64,000 nucleotides of DNA, from positions 1,056,001 through 1,120,000 of the forward strand of contig CAVXWP010000001.1 in the NCBI GenBank assembly GCA_963765495.1, written 5' to 3'. Position 1 is the stretch's first letter, and every line of letters begins with the position of its first letter. The translations under genes were made by a program, and so were the position numbers. The DNA is from Blastocatellia bacterium. Its GTDB lineage: Bacteria; Acidobacteriota; Blastocatellia; UBA7656. Shown here piece after piece: positions 29,663 through 40,001 of this stretch. The notes under the pieces were generated by a model. That model was not told the DNA's origin, did no database searches, and saw only the letters and a program-made list of their open reading frames with translations.

Positions 29663-31177
29663 ATGACCAATCATTCACAACAGATCGTTCAGAAACTCTG
29701 GAACTATTGCAACCTTCTTCGGGATGACGGGCTTTCTTACGGCGATTACGTCGAACAACTCACCTGCCTCTTATTCCTCAAGATGGCTCACGAACAGTCT
29801 CAGCCTCCGTGGAACAGACCTTCTCCTATTCCAGAGGGCTACGACTGGCCCAGCCTTCTATCAAAGGACGGGGACGCGCTCGAAACCCACTACCGCCATC
29901 TTCTCGAAGAACTTGGGAAGCAAAAGGGGATGCTTGGAATCGTCTACCGCAAGGCCCAGAACAAGATTCAAGACCCCGCAAAGTTGAGGCGTCTGATCGC
30001 TGACCTCATTGACCGGGAACAGTGGATGACGCTTGAGGCCGATGTGAAGGGGGATGCCTACGAAGGGCTGCTCGAAAAGAACGCTCAGGACACAAAGAGC
30101 GGCGCGGGGCAATACTTCACACCAAGACCTCTGATTGAGGCTCTCGTTGACGTGATTCGCCCTGCCCCCGGCGAGACTATCTGCGATCCGGCCTGCGGAA
30201 CGGGGGGCTTTCTACTGGCAGCGCACCGATATATCGCTGACCATAACCCAAATCTTGATAGGGATGAAAAGCGCCACCTCAAGCTCGATGCTCTCAGAGG
30301 CGTGGAGCTTGTGGATAGCGTTACCCGGCTCTGCGCGATGAACCTTCTCTTACACGGCATAGGCCCCACCGCAGAAGAAGCGCCTCCACCCATTCAGACC
30401 GATGACAGCCTGCGGGCAGACCCCGGCAGCAGGTTTGAAGTAGTGATGACAAATCCCCCTTTCGGCAAGAAGTCGAGCGTTATGGTTGTCAACGAAGAGG
30501 GCGATCAGGAGCGACAGGCATTAACCGTAGTGCGCGATGATTTCTGGACTTCGACAAGCAACAAACAACTCAACTTTGTGCAGCACGTAAAGACCATCTT
30601 GAAGATCAACGGACGGGCGGCAGTGGTCGTGCCCGATAACGTCCTGTTTGAAGGTGGAGCCGGGGAAACGATAAGGCGCAACCTGCTGAAAGACTGTGAT
30701 GTGCATACACTGCTGCGGCTGCCTACGGGGATATTCTACGCTCAGGGAGTGAAGGCAAATGTGCTGTTTTTTGACAAGAAACCGGCGAGCGGTACGGCCT
30801 GGACAAAGGAGCTTTGGATATACGACCTCCGCACGAATATGCACTTTACCTTGAAGACAAACCCGTTGAAGCGGTCTGATCTGGATGAGTTTGTAGAGTG
30901 TTACAAGGCGGAGAACAGGCACAGGCGAGAGGCTACCTGGACGGAGGAGAACCCGGAGGGACGCTGGAGGGCATACGGCTACGAAGAGTTGATCGAGCGA
31001 GACAAAGTGAGTCTGGACATCTTCTGGTTGAAGGATGAGAGCCTTGAGGATTCCGATAATCTTCCCTCGCCCGATTTGATTGCGGCAGAGATAGTCGAAG
31101 ACCTGCGGGCTGCATTGGAACAATTTGAAGAGATTGAAGCCGATCTTGGCGCGAGCGATGAAGTGGCAGTCTTATAG
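29663..31177 (+). CDS. hsdM: Type I methyltransferase subunit M
   Basis: GQYFTPR, DPACGTGGFL and TNPPFG motifs. Confidence 0.96.
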   Translation: MTNHSQQIVQKLWNYCNLLRDDGLSYGDYVEQLTCLLFLKMAHEQSQPPWNRPSPIPEGYDWPSLLSKDGDALETHYRHLLEELGKQKGMLGIVYRKAQNKIQDPAKLRRLIADLIDREQWMTLEADVKGDAYEGLLEKNAQDTKSGAGQYFTPRPLIEALVDVIRPAPGETICDPACGTGGFLLAAHRYIADHNPNLDRDEKRHLKLDALRGVELVDSVTRLCAMNLLLHGIGPTAEEAPPPIQTDDSLRADPGSRFEVVMTNPPFGKKSSVMVVNEEGDQERQALTVVRDDFWTSTSNKQLNFVQHVKTILKINGRAAVVVPDNVLFEGGAGETIRRNLLKDCDVHTLLRLPTGIFYAQGVKANVLFFDKKPASGTAWTKELWIYDLRTNMHFTLKTNPLKRSDLDEFVECYKAENRHRREATWTEENPEGRWRAYGYEELIERDKVSLDIFWLKDESLEDSDNLPSPDLIAAEIVEDLRAALEQFEEIEADLGASDEVAVL

Positions 31178-31291
31178 AGCAAGGCGTCTCAAGAAATTCC
31201 CCCGAGAAGAAGAGATAGTAGGGGACCAGGAGTTCGATGCAGAGTGTTCTGCCCAATTCCTTTTTGGCCCCCCGGTAGACGCATCCGACTG

Positions 31292-31966
31292 CTACTTTTT
31301 CAACTCAACCAGTATTACCTCTGCGGGCTTGTTGCCCGGGTTCTCAACCATATGTTTCTCGCCTGCTGCCCAGACTGCTTCTCCTGCCTTTCTGCTGGCC
31401 TCTCTCGTCTTACCGTCTGCGAGGGTAAACTTTGATGGTCCACTTGTCAGGAAGATCGCAACCGCGTCCGGGTGTTCGTGTTCCCTGGTCTTATCGTGTG
31501 GTTTGAACTTAATCCTCAGCACCCGCACACGGTCATTCTCTATTTCTACTTTATGGTGCTCAGGATCAACCTCCACAGGGTCTAAATCTACTTTTGTTGA
31601 AGTCGTTGCTGGCTCGCCCTTTAGTTCGACCAGTATCGCATTTACTGGTGTACTGCCCACATTTTCAGGCAGGTGCTTTTCTGCTTCGCTATACCCAACC
31701 TGCCCAGCTTTTCCGGCATTATCTGTCGTAGTTCCATCAGCGAGAGTAAACCTGTTCTTACTGTTGCTCAAGAAGACTACTACGCTGGCGGGATGTTCGT
31801 GCATCACAGACTTTTCTTTTGGATTGTAGTGAATCTTCAGAACTCTAACTTGATCATTTTCAAATAGAATCTTGTAGTGTTTGGAATCCACTTGAACCGG
31901 GTCCTGTGCAATAGCGGTTGAAGCGGTTATACCTAACAGAAAGGTGAGGAGCAAAATCTTACACAT
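31292..31966 (-). CDS. Secreted tandem cupin-like protein
   Basis: Signal peptide; two internal copies of DPV.VD..H..ENDxVRVL..HEHP..H..EN.G..ILVELK. Confidence 0.8.
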   Translation of the reverse strand: MCKILLLTFLLGITASTAIAQDPVQVDSKHYKILFENDQVRVLKIHYNPKEKSVMHEHPASVVVFLSNSKNRFTLADGTTTDNAGKAGQVGYSEAEKHLPENVGSTPVNAILVELKGEPATTSTKVDLDPVEVDPEHHKVEIENDRVRVLRIKFKPHDKTREHEHPDAVAIFLTSGPSKFTLADGKTREASRKAGEAVWAAGEKHMVENPGNKPAEVILVELKK

Positions 31967-32450
31967 ATCCGTTGCCTCCTTACAGGCTAACCTTCAGATT
32001 GTCAAATTTGGTGGCCGAAGCCTACTCCTGTTGGGTAAGCAAGTCAATTGCAATAGACAAACTCATCTTTAGCCTCCAAACATTGAGCAGTAAGCCTTAA
32101 AAACCGACGGTAAACCTCCTCACATAAAGGAGATGAGGATAATTGGGGCGCAAGAGACGACGAGGCGGATCCTAAGCACTAGCTGGCTCAAAAAAATTCC
32201 CCCAGAGAAAAAAGTAGAGCACTCAACATCGCAAACTTTGCCATTGAATCCGGCTCCAGTTTGCCTACAGGAGTGTCTATTAGCTCAATAAATGAGGCGT
32301 GGCTCAGCCTAGGAGTGAATCAAGGGCGTTGGTTGGCAGGCAAGTGTAAGTAGGCCAAAAACACGAAAACAAAAGCGTCCATTTTGTCTCTAAATAGCCA
32401 TTGAAAGATAGCTCTGAAAAGCCATAATAGAGTTGGTCACTAGCGAGGCA

Positions 32451-32472
32451 AACGGGAATGAAAACGGGAAGT
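32451..32472 (+). repeat. Putative integrase arm-type sites (AACGGGAA x2)
   Basis: AACGGGAATG-AA-AACGGGAAGT, about 80 bp inside the right att. Confidence 0.7.
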
Positions 32473-32550
32473 AAACAACTGGTTGAAACCCAAGATTCCG
32501 CTATCTCTTTGATAAGAAAAGGTTGAAGCCCGTCGAACCAACAAAAATTT

Positions 32551-32608
<58 letters not shown>

Positions 32609-32621
<13 letters not shown>

Positions 32622-32638
32622 CCGCAAGGATTGGTCAA
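32609..32638 (-). promoter_or_regulatory. Original tRNA-Pro promoter, now pointing into the island
   Basis: TTGACC (32638-32633) - 18 nt - TAGAAT (32614-32609). Confidence 0.7.
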
Positions 32639-32777
32639 AGGGAATCTAAATCAGCCACACAAGCTCGGCGCTAACGAACAGGGCTATTCAATTCTCAGAT
32701 TTCCCTTGCCGAGATGACAGGAACCCATTGATTCCCTTATGAAAATGCTTTGCAGGCTTTTGCTCGGTCAATCTCCA

Positions 32778-34556
32778 TCACGATGCCGCTTGCGTGACCG
32801 AGAGCTTGAGCGCTGCTGCGTTCTTCAGCGTTTCGTCAGACTTTACTTCCATTCGGTCGTAGGCGACGCCCCATTTTGAGGCCAGATATTCCGCGATTGT
32901 TTTCGCGCGTTCTCCGGCAATGGTTTCTCGCTCGCCTCGCCCGTCGCCCATATTTATCTCAAGCCGCAATCCCGTCCGACGTTGCAATATCTGTCCGGCG
33001 AGGTCGAGCGCGGCTGAACTGGTCGCGGTCAATTCGGATTTATTTCTTTTGAACTCTATCTGTCCGACCAAAGCCGGGATACGCTCGAGGCTTACGGCGG
33101 CAGCCGGATAATTCAAACTCGCCTTGATCTGGTCTGCGATTAGCGATTCGGCGTCGGGTTCTATGTCGCGCTCGCTCAGATAGCTCACCGTTATCTGCAA
33201 AGGGTTGAGAGTACCTGTCTCGACTCTGTAATCGAGCATTTGAGCGGGCGGGGGAAGTCTCAACTCGCCCAGGGCCGATTCTATGCCCTGCAAGAAACCA
33301 GCTTGCAATTGAGCAACAGTGGGAGGGGCGGGCGGGCGGGATTCTTCTCCGACTTTGGCCGCAAGCTCGCTTGATGTAGTGGGTATCTCGACTATCTGCA
33401 AGTCTATGGAATCGGCGGGACGGTTGAGGCGGGCAGCTACAACCCGCGTGAATTCGTTTCTTTCGCTCGGAGAGTACGGCTTTTTGGTGAATACTCGCAT
33501 GAAGAGCGCGAGCTTGTCGGGCAGCATCGAAACTGAAAGCTGATCGAGATAAGATCTCGGTTCGCCCGACGGCAGTCGTTCGAAATCCTGCTGCCAAAGC
33601 TGGGTTGCCGCCAAGCGAATGCGATTGCTCTCCTGCTTCCGGGAAAAGTCGCGTCTGAGCTGGTTAAAGGATTCGGTGAGCGGGATCAGGATCACGAGTA
33701 TAGGGATGCCTATGAGTATGAATCGGCCCGGCAGACTGCCTATGCTTTTGATCTTGTCCGATACGCGAAACCGCCTTAAAACATCCTGACAGACTGCGCT
33801 CTCTTTATCTTCTTTGCACCATTCGTGGACTCGATTGCGGACCTCTTTCGTATCAATGTGGAGGGCCAGGAAGACCAGCATTGCGCTGAAGGTGATGGCT
33901 ACGAGGTTGGTCAGAAAGAGCAATCCGCCGCCGCGAGCCACCGTCATTCCCTGAGATACATTCAGGCTGAAAGCGACGCCCAGACCGTAGCCGACAACAC
34001 ACAGCGGCGGCATAAGGGCTACCGCAATCGCTACGCCTGGAATGCTTGTGACCACTCCTTTCACTTCCTTACAGGTGGCTATCGAGCCTATCGCGCCTGA
34101 AAAGAGCGCCACTACGAGATCGAGCGTGTTTGGTTGAGTGCGCGCCGCTATTTCAGGAGTCATCTCTTTGAAAGGAAGCAAGCCGACCAGCAGGACCGAA
34201 AATGCTACGGCCACTATGCTGCTTATCATAAGGCTTGTAATGGACCGCAATCCGAGCACGACGTCGCCCGCGGCAAGGGCGAGCCCGCCCGACAGTATCG
34301 GACCCATCAGCGGGGAGATAAGCATGGCTCCTATGATGACGGCGGGGCTGCCAAGCACAAGTCCTATAGTGGCTATGCCGCTTGCAAATAGAATTTGCAG
34401 CCAGTAACTCGCGTCTATGAGCGAGGCCGATTTGGAAAGCTCTATATAAATCTCTTCTTTGCGTTCGGGCCGGACCCCCAGACTCCTGGCAAACCAATTT
34501 CTGCGGCGACCTCGAAGCCCGGTCTCGGATTTTTTCGCCTGCTCAAAACTGCTCAT
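32778..34556 (-). CDS. DUF389 membrane protein with long C-terminal extension
   Basis: SPAVIIGAMLISPLMGPI, EIAARTQPN and IPGVAIAVALMPPL motifs. Confidence 0.88.
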   Translation of the reverse strand: MSSFEQAKKSETGLRGRRRNWFARSLGVRPERKEEIYIELSKSASLIDASYWLQILFASGIATIGLVLGSPAVIIGAMLISPLMGPILSGGLALAAGDVVLGLRSITSLMISSIVAVAFSVLLVGLLPFKEMTPEIAARTQPNTLDLVVALFSGAIGSIATCKEVKGVVTSIPGVAIAVALMPPLCVVGYGLGVAFSLNVSQGMTVARGGGLLFLTNLVAITFSAMLVFLALHIDTKEVRNRVHEWCKEDKESAVCQDVLRRFRVSDKIKSIGSLPGRFILIGIPILVILIPLTESFNQLRRDFSRKQESNRIRLAATQLWQQDFERLPSGEPRSYLDQLSVSMLPDKLALFMRVFTKKPYSPSERNEFTRVVAARLNRPADSIDLQIVEIPTTSSELAAKVGEESRPPAPPTVAQLQAGFLQGIESALGELRLPPPAQMLDYRVETGTLNPLQITVSYLSERDIEPDAESLIADQIKASLNYPAAAVSLERIPALVGQIEFKRNKSELTATSSAALDLAGQILQRRTGLRLEINMGDGRGERETIAGERAKTIAEYLASKWGVAYDRMEVKSDETLKNAAALKLSVTQAAS

Positions 34557-34921
34557 GCGACTCTCCTCAACTTTGGAAGGAATTTCGGCAAAGAGTGTAG
34601 TTGAAAGCTGCCGGACTGTCTAACTTCGGAGCCGAAAAGGCCGTTTAATCAGAGCGCAAGAGCCGGGCCATACGGTCTTCCAAAATGTAGGAGGGGGAAA
34701 TTGAAACAGGCCACGGATGAACGCGGCCCGTTCCGATCTGCCTTTCAATCAAATTCATTTGCAACGATAGACCGGGAACAGGCGCGGGTTGGATGAAAAC
34801 AATCGGGCCAGGGTAAACTGGCAAAAACCGGCCTGTCGTCGCGCTTTATCTTTGGACGATTATGAGTGTCTTTATATTTTGTGGTTCTGCGTATGGGCCG
34901 ATGATTCGATCCCGAACCGGG

Positions 34922-35566
34922 TCAATGCCTTGCGACAGCCTTCTTGATCATATCGGCAATCTCTTTATGCTTCTGGCTCGAGGCGAAGTCTGCGGCCACG
35001 TACCCGGATTTGTCTTTCTCGTCAACTCTGGCCCCGTTTTCAAGCAGCGTCTTTACTGCCTCTGTATGGCCCCAATAGGCCGCAAGCATCAGGGCGGTGC
35101 GTCCCTCTTCATTCTTGGCATTGATGTCGGCCTTGTGTTCGAGCAGAGCTTTAAGAGGCTCGACGCGGCCACGCGCGGCGGCCTCGATCAGGGCGGTACG
35201 CCCCTCTTTGTTTTTTAGCTTCACATCTGCGCCTCTGGTCAGCAGTTCCTGAACAATCTCAGTATGACCATTCTGCGCCGCATCCATAAGGGCAGTGTGT
35301 CCGCTCGAATCCTGGCCGTTTATGTCAGCGCCTTTCTCGAGCAACATCTTCACGGCATCCAACCGGCCCCAGTAAGCCGCCTCCGTAAGCGGGGTCCGTC
35401 CGGTCGTGGATTTCGCATTGACGTCAACGCCGTCCTTTATCAGCGATTCTATCTGCTTGATATCTCCTTTTTTGGCTGCCTCAGCCAGATCGGAGTTCCG
35501 ATCCGCCCCGTAGACGGTCAGCGAAATCAGGAGCGCCATTAACAATCCTGCCACGCGTTTGCACAT
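34922..35566 (-). CDS. Secreted ankyrin-repeat protein
   Basis: Signal peptide; repeated GRTAL..AA..G..E.VK.LL..GAD.N. Confidence 0.92.
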   Translation of the reverse strand: MCKRVAGLLMALLISLTVYGADRNSDLAEAAKKGDIKQIESLIKDGVDVNAKSTTGRTPLTEAAYWGRLDAVKMLLEKGADINGQDSSGHTALMDAAQNGHTEIVQELLTRGADVKLKNKEGRTALIEAAARGRVEPLKALLEHKADINAKNEEGRTALMLAAYWGHTEAVKTLLENGARVDEKDKSGYVAADFASSQKHKEIADMIKKAVARH

Positions 35567-35920
35567 GATAAGGTTTCCTCCTTAAATGAGATTAAGAGTT
35601 ATTACTATTAAATTGGCTGTGGCCGTTTGCGCTGCTGTAGGAGTGCCGCCGCTCCCGGCCGTTTCTCTTAACAGTATATTCGTCTGTTTAGAGCATCATC
35701 TCTTTTGAGATGAAACAGGTCGAAACCATTGCCCTTTTCGGCCTTTCTGAGGCCGGGGCAATTGAGCTGGTCTCGACTTTTGTATTGAACTCTGAAATAA
35801 AGATAGTTCTTTGCGCACCGATCTGCAACGCCAAAATTGCCTTCTTGCAAACTCTCCGGCCCCGCTAATGGTTTGCGCGCCCTTGAAACGGTGTGCTAGC
35901 ATCGCCTCTTAGGTGAAACG

Positions 35921-37195
35921 ATGAGCGAGCAAGAACGTCCCATAAGAAAAACGATACTGGAGAATGGACTCACCATTATCACTGAGCGGATGAGCCACGT
36001 AAGATCAGCCTCCGTAGGCATCTGGGTGCGCTCCGGGTCGCGCCACGAATCGGCCCCGCTCAACGGCATTTCCCACTTTATCGAGCACACGCTTTTTAAG
36101 GGCACGCGCAATCGCACGTCGCGCGAAATAGCCGTCGAAAGCGACGCCATCGGCGGTCACGTGGACGCATTTACGAGCCGCGAAGTGGCCAGCTATTACG
36201 TAAAAGTGCTTGACGAACATCTGCCGCGCGCATTCGATCTGCTCGGCGATCTTGTGACCGCGCCGCTTTTCGACAGCACCGAGCTTGACCGCGAGCGAAA
36301 CGTCGTGCTTGAAGAGATCAAGATGGTCGAAGACGCGCCCGACGATCTGGTCCACGAAACCTTCGTCTCAAATTTCTGGCCCGATCACCCGCTTGGCCGT
36401 TCGATACTCGGCACATCCGATACCCTGGCCACGTTTGACCACGAACGCGTAGCCAAATATTTTGACGATATTTACACGCCGCGCAATCTCGTGGTTGCGG
36501 GCGCGGGAAATCTCGATCACGACAGTTTCGTCGAAATGGTGAGCAGACATCTGGGCGGTATGCTTGATCGTCCGTGCGAATTGAGCGTATCCGTGCCTTC
36601 CTCCGACCCGTGCCGCATAATACTGCCCAAAGACCTGGAGCAGGCGCACCTCGTTCTTGGGGCGCGTTGCCCTTCGATGGTTTCCGAAGACCGTTACACG
36701 GTACATGTTCTGAACGTAATCTTAGGCGGCGGAATGAGCTCGCGGCTGTTTCAAACGATAAGGGAAGAGCACGGACTCGCCTACTCGGTTTATTCGGGCG
36801 TGAACGCTTACACGGACGCCGGATATCTGGCCGTCTATGCCGCAACCTCGCCCGATCAGATCACCGAGGTCATCCGTTTGAGCATGGAAGAGTTCAACAA
36901 ACTGGAGACCGAGCACGTGCCTGAATCCGAATTGCAACGGGCCAAAGATCAACTCAAGGTCTCGATAATGCTCAGCCTCGAATCAACCTCTGCGCGAATG
37001 AGCAATCTGGCCCGGCAAGAGATATTCTTCGGTCGGCAGTTTACGCTTGACGAGATACTCGACCGCATCGAGCGCGTCTCGGTTGAGGACGTGCAGCGGA
37101 TAGCGCGCGACATATTCGGCGGCAGCGAACTTGCTATCACTGCTCTCGGGCAGCTTGAAAACCTCGATCTGGAAAGCCTGCAACTTGCTTATTAA
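35921..37195 (+). CDS. M16 family (pitrilysin-like) Zn peptidase
   Basis: HFIEH inverted zinc motif and GGGMSSRLFQ.IRE. Confidence 0.93.
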   Translation: MSEQERPIRKTILENGLTIITERMSHVRSASVGIWVRSGSRHESAPLNGISHFIEHTLFKGTRNRTSREIAVESDAIGGHVDAFTSREVASYYVKVLDEHLPRAFDLLGDLVTAPLFDSTELDRERNVVLEEIKMVEDAPDDLVHETFVSNFWPDHPLGRSILGTSDTLATFDHERVAKYFDDIYTPRNLVVAGAGNLDHDSFVEMVSRHLGGMLDRPCELSVSVPSSDPCRIILPKDLEQAHLVLGARCPSMVSEDRYTVHVLNVILGGGMSSRLFQTIREEHGLAYSVYSGVNAYTDAGYLAVYAATSPDQITEVIRLSMEEFNKLETEHVPESELQRAKDQLKVSIMLSLESTSARMSNLARQEIFFGRQFTLDEILDRIERVSVEDVQRIARDIFGGSELAITALGQLENLDLESLQLAY

Positions 37196-37198
37196 GGC

Positions 37199-37283
37199 GG
37201 TGATCGGTGGTCAGTTGTGGATTTAGCTTTCAACAGCATTTTTCTTTTCTATAAACTACCGACCACCGGCCACCAACCACTGA
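37199..37283. repeat. Inverted heptamer arrays (GTGGTCR / CCACCRR)
   Basis: GGTGATCGGTGGTCAGTTG ... CTACCGACCACCGGCCACCAACCACTGA. Confidence 0.6.
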
Positions 37284-37290
37284 TTGCTAA

Positions 37291-38085
37291 ATGAGATTGA
37301 TCGTTTTAGGCAGCGGAAGCTCCGGCAACGCCGTTTATATCGAGACGGGTGAGACCCGCGTGCTTGTTGACGTAGGGCTTTCGGCCAAACAGACCGCCTT
37401 GCGAATGACCGAAGCGGGGCTCGATCCGGCAAAACTCACCGCCATCGTCGTCACTCACGAACACGCCGATCACGTCAAAGGCGTTCGCGTCATGTCAAAG
37501 ACAGCCGAAGTCCCGGTCTTTATTTCCGAGCCTACGCGGGCCGAATGCCGCTTCCCCGGTAACGGCGATGGTATACGCTGGGGTGAGACCATCTCTTCAA
37601 GCGAATCGTTTCAAATCGGGGAGATGAATTTTCATCCCTTCACAATCCCTCACGACGGAGTTGATACCTTCGCATTCACAGTCGAGTCACGCGGCGTCAA
37701 GGTCGCCATCGTCACAGACCTCGGCTACATAACGCAACTCGTGGCCGAACGGATGAAAGGCTCGAACCTCATAGTCATAGAATCGAATCACGACCGCGAC
37801 ATGCTTAAGGTAGGCCCCTATCCGTGGCCGCTCAAGCAACGCATAGCGAGCAACCTCGGCCACCTGTCGAATGACGAGACGGCGCGCTGGCTGAGGGAAG
37901 ATTTTGACGGGCGTGCCGAGTATCTGGTGCTTGCGCATCTTTCCCGGCAATGCAACCACCCGGAGCTTGCGCGGCTTTCAGCCCGTCAGGCGCTCGAATC
38001 GCGCGGGCCTTCGTTTTTTCCTGACGCCGACCGCCGTGTCGAGGTTGCCTTTCACGACCGCCCGACCCGGTGGTTTGAGCTTTGA
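37291..38085 (+). CDS. MBL-fold metallo-hydrolase (YycJ/WalJ-like)
   Basis: LGSGSSGN, THEHADH, ESNHD, GHLSN and LAHLS motifs. Confidence 0.9.
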   Translation: MRLIVLGSGSSGNAVYIETGETRVLVDVGLSAKQTALRMTEAGLDPAKLTAIVVTHEHADHVKGVRVMSKTAEVPVFISEPTRAECRFPGNGDGIRWGETISSSESFQIGEMNFHPFTIPHDGVDTFAFTVESRGVKVAIVTDLGYITQLVAERMKGSNLIVIESNHDRDMLKVGPYPWPLKQRIASNLGHLSNDETARWLREDFDGRAEYLVLAHLSRQCNHPELARLSARQALESRGPSFFPDADRRVEVAFHDRPTRWFEL

Positions 38086-38108
38086 GATTTTAACCCTGGG
38101 ATTTTAAG

Positions 38109-39404
38109 ATGATTTCGCGTTATACATTGCCCGAAATGGGCGCGGTCTGGACCGAAGAGAATAGATTTCAAAAATGGCTCGACGTAGAGATAGCCGTGTG
38201 CGAAGTCCACGCCGAGATGGGAACTATCCCTCGCGAGGCGGTCGATGTCATTCGCAAAAAAGCGAGCTTTACAGTCGAGCGCATAAAAGAGATAGAGCGC
38301 ACCACCCGCCACGATGTTATAGCCTTCACCACGGCTCTTGCGGAAAATATCGGGCCTGAATCGCGCTTCGTGCATTACGGGCTTACCTCTTCCGACGTGG
38401 TCGATACCGCCAACGCCCTGCTTATGCGGGATGCGGCTGCGCTTATCATCAGCGACCTTGAGCGGCTGGCCCCCGTGTTTCGCCGCCGCGCGATGGAGCA
38501 CAAACAGACTCGCATGATAGGGCGCACGCACGGTGTTCACGCCGAGCCTACTACGTTCGGCATGGTGATGGCGCTTTATTACGCCGACAACGAGCGCAAC
38601 CTTGAACGGATGCATAGAGCGAAGGAGCTTATCAGCTACGGCAAGATTTCGGGCGCGGTCGGCACATTCGCTCACCTCGACCCGGAGGTCGAAGAGCGCG
38701 TGTGTCAAAAGCTCGGACTGCGGCCCGCTCCCATCTCGACTCAGGTCATTCAACGCGACCGCTATGCGGAATTTCTTTCTGCGCTCGCGATCATCGCGGC
38801 TTCGATGGAGAAGATCGCCTTAGAGGTGCGCCACCTTCAGCGCACCGAAGTGCGCGAGGCGCAAGAGCCGTTTTCAGCCGGGCAGAAGGGGTCGTCGGCC
38901 ATGCCTCACAAGCGAAACCCCGTCACGAGCGAGCAGATATGCGGGCTTGCGCGGGTGGCGCGAGCGAATGCTCACGCGGGATTTGAAAACATAGCCCTGT
39001 GGCACGAGCGCGACATTTCGCATTCTTCGGTCGAGCGCGTCATCCTTCCCGATACCTGTATACTAACCGATTATCTGCTTCACAAAACCGAATGGCTGAT
39101 AGGCGGTCTGATAGTAAACGCCGACCGCATGCGGGCAAATCTTGAAGGGCTTGGCGGAGTGGCCGCAAGCGGGCAGTTATTATTAAAGCTGACCGAACGA
39201 GGGGTGACTCGCGAAGACGCCTACGCGCTTGTGCAGCCGCTCGCCATGCGCGTGTGGGATGAGGGAGCCAACTTTCAGGAACTCGTTTTTGAGGACAATC
39301 AGATCACGGAAAAGCTCACCCGGTCGGAACTCGAAGAGCTGTTTGACATAGATCGACAGCTACGCAATGTTGATAAAGTGTTTGATAGAGTCTTTAAGGA
39401 ATAG
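38109..39404 (+). CDS. purB: Adenylosuccinate lyase
   Basis: MISRY, HYGLTSSD, GRTHGVHAEP and GSSAMPHKRNP motifs. Confidence 0.97.
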   Translation: MISRYTLPEMGAVWTEENRFQKWLDVEIAVCEVHAEMGTIPREAVDVIRKKASFTVERIKEIERTTRHDVIAFTTALAENIGPESRFVHYGLTSSDVVDTANALLMRDAAALIISDLERLAPVFRRRAMEHKQTRMIGRTHGVHAEPTTFGMVMALYYADNERNLERMHRAKELISYGKISGAVGTFAHLDPEVEERVCQKLGLRPAPISTQVIQRDRYAEFLSALAIIAASMEKIALEVRHLQRTEVREAQEPFSAGQKGSSAMPHKRNPVTSEQICGLARVARANAHAGFENIALWHERDISHSSVERVILPDTCILTDYLLHKTEWLIGGLIVNADRMRANLEGLGGVAASGQLLLKLTERGVTREDAYALVQPLAMRVWDEGANFQELVFEDNQITEKLTRSELEELFDIDRQLRNVDKVFDRVFKE

Positions 39405-39481
39405 GGGGCGGGGGCCGGGGGCCAGGAGCCGGTGCGTTTGAGCGCCGACCCCGCCCCCCGCCCCCTGACCCCCGACCCCCG
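39404..39481. repeat. Inverted G/C-rich heptamer arrays
   Basis: GGGGGCGGGGGCCGGGGGCCAGG ... CCCCCGCCCCCTGACCCCCGACCCCCG. Confidence 0.65.
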
Positions 39482-39484
39482 ATT

Positions 39485-39742
39485 ATGAAAGCCAGAATCT
39501 ACGTCACGCTAAAACCTTCCGTGCTCGATCCGCAGGGCAAGGCCATTCATCACGCTGTAGAGACGCTCGGTTACAAGAGCATCACAGATGTTCGACAGGG
39601 AAAGTATTTCGAGATCACGCTCCGGGGTGATATGTCGAAAGAGGATGCCCGCGCCGAGGTCGAACGCATGGCCAGGGACGTTCTCGCAAATCCTGTGATG
39701 GAAAACTTCTCCATCGAGATGGATGCCGAAGAGCAATCTTAA
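39485..39742 (+). CDS. purS: Phosphoribosylformylglycinamidine synthase subunit PurS
   Basis: VTLKPSVLDPQG, VRQGKYFE and LANPVME motifs. Confidence 0.96.
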   Translation: MKARIYVTLKPSVLDPQGKAIHHAVETLGYKSITDVRQGKYFEITLRGDMSKEDARAEVERMARDVLANPVMENFSIEMDAEEQS

Positions 39743-39802
39743 ATTTACCGCTGCGCGATTAGGCGGGTCGTCGGGCTATTACAGTGTAGTTTGACATGTA
39801 TA

Positions 39803-39887
39803 GTAGGGGCAGGGCTTGTCCCTGCCCGGATCGCCCAAAGGGCGATGACTAACGCGCGATTCGGGCAGCCACAAGGGCTGCCCCTAC
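39803..39887. repeat. GTAG-type REP doublet (REPIN-like)
   Basis: GTAGGGGCAGGGCTTGTCCCTGCCC ... GGGCAGCCACAAGGGCTGCCCCTAC. Confidence 0.8.
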
Positions 39888-40001
39888 ATTTTTGCTTGCC
39901 TAGCTTCCTTTCCGGTCCGGCTTTACAACGCGGGAAGAGTTTTATATCCTGCCAGGACGCAAAAAAACGGGGATTCGACGCACCCCTCAGGGAGACCGAG
40001 T

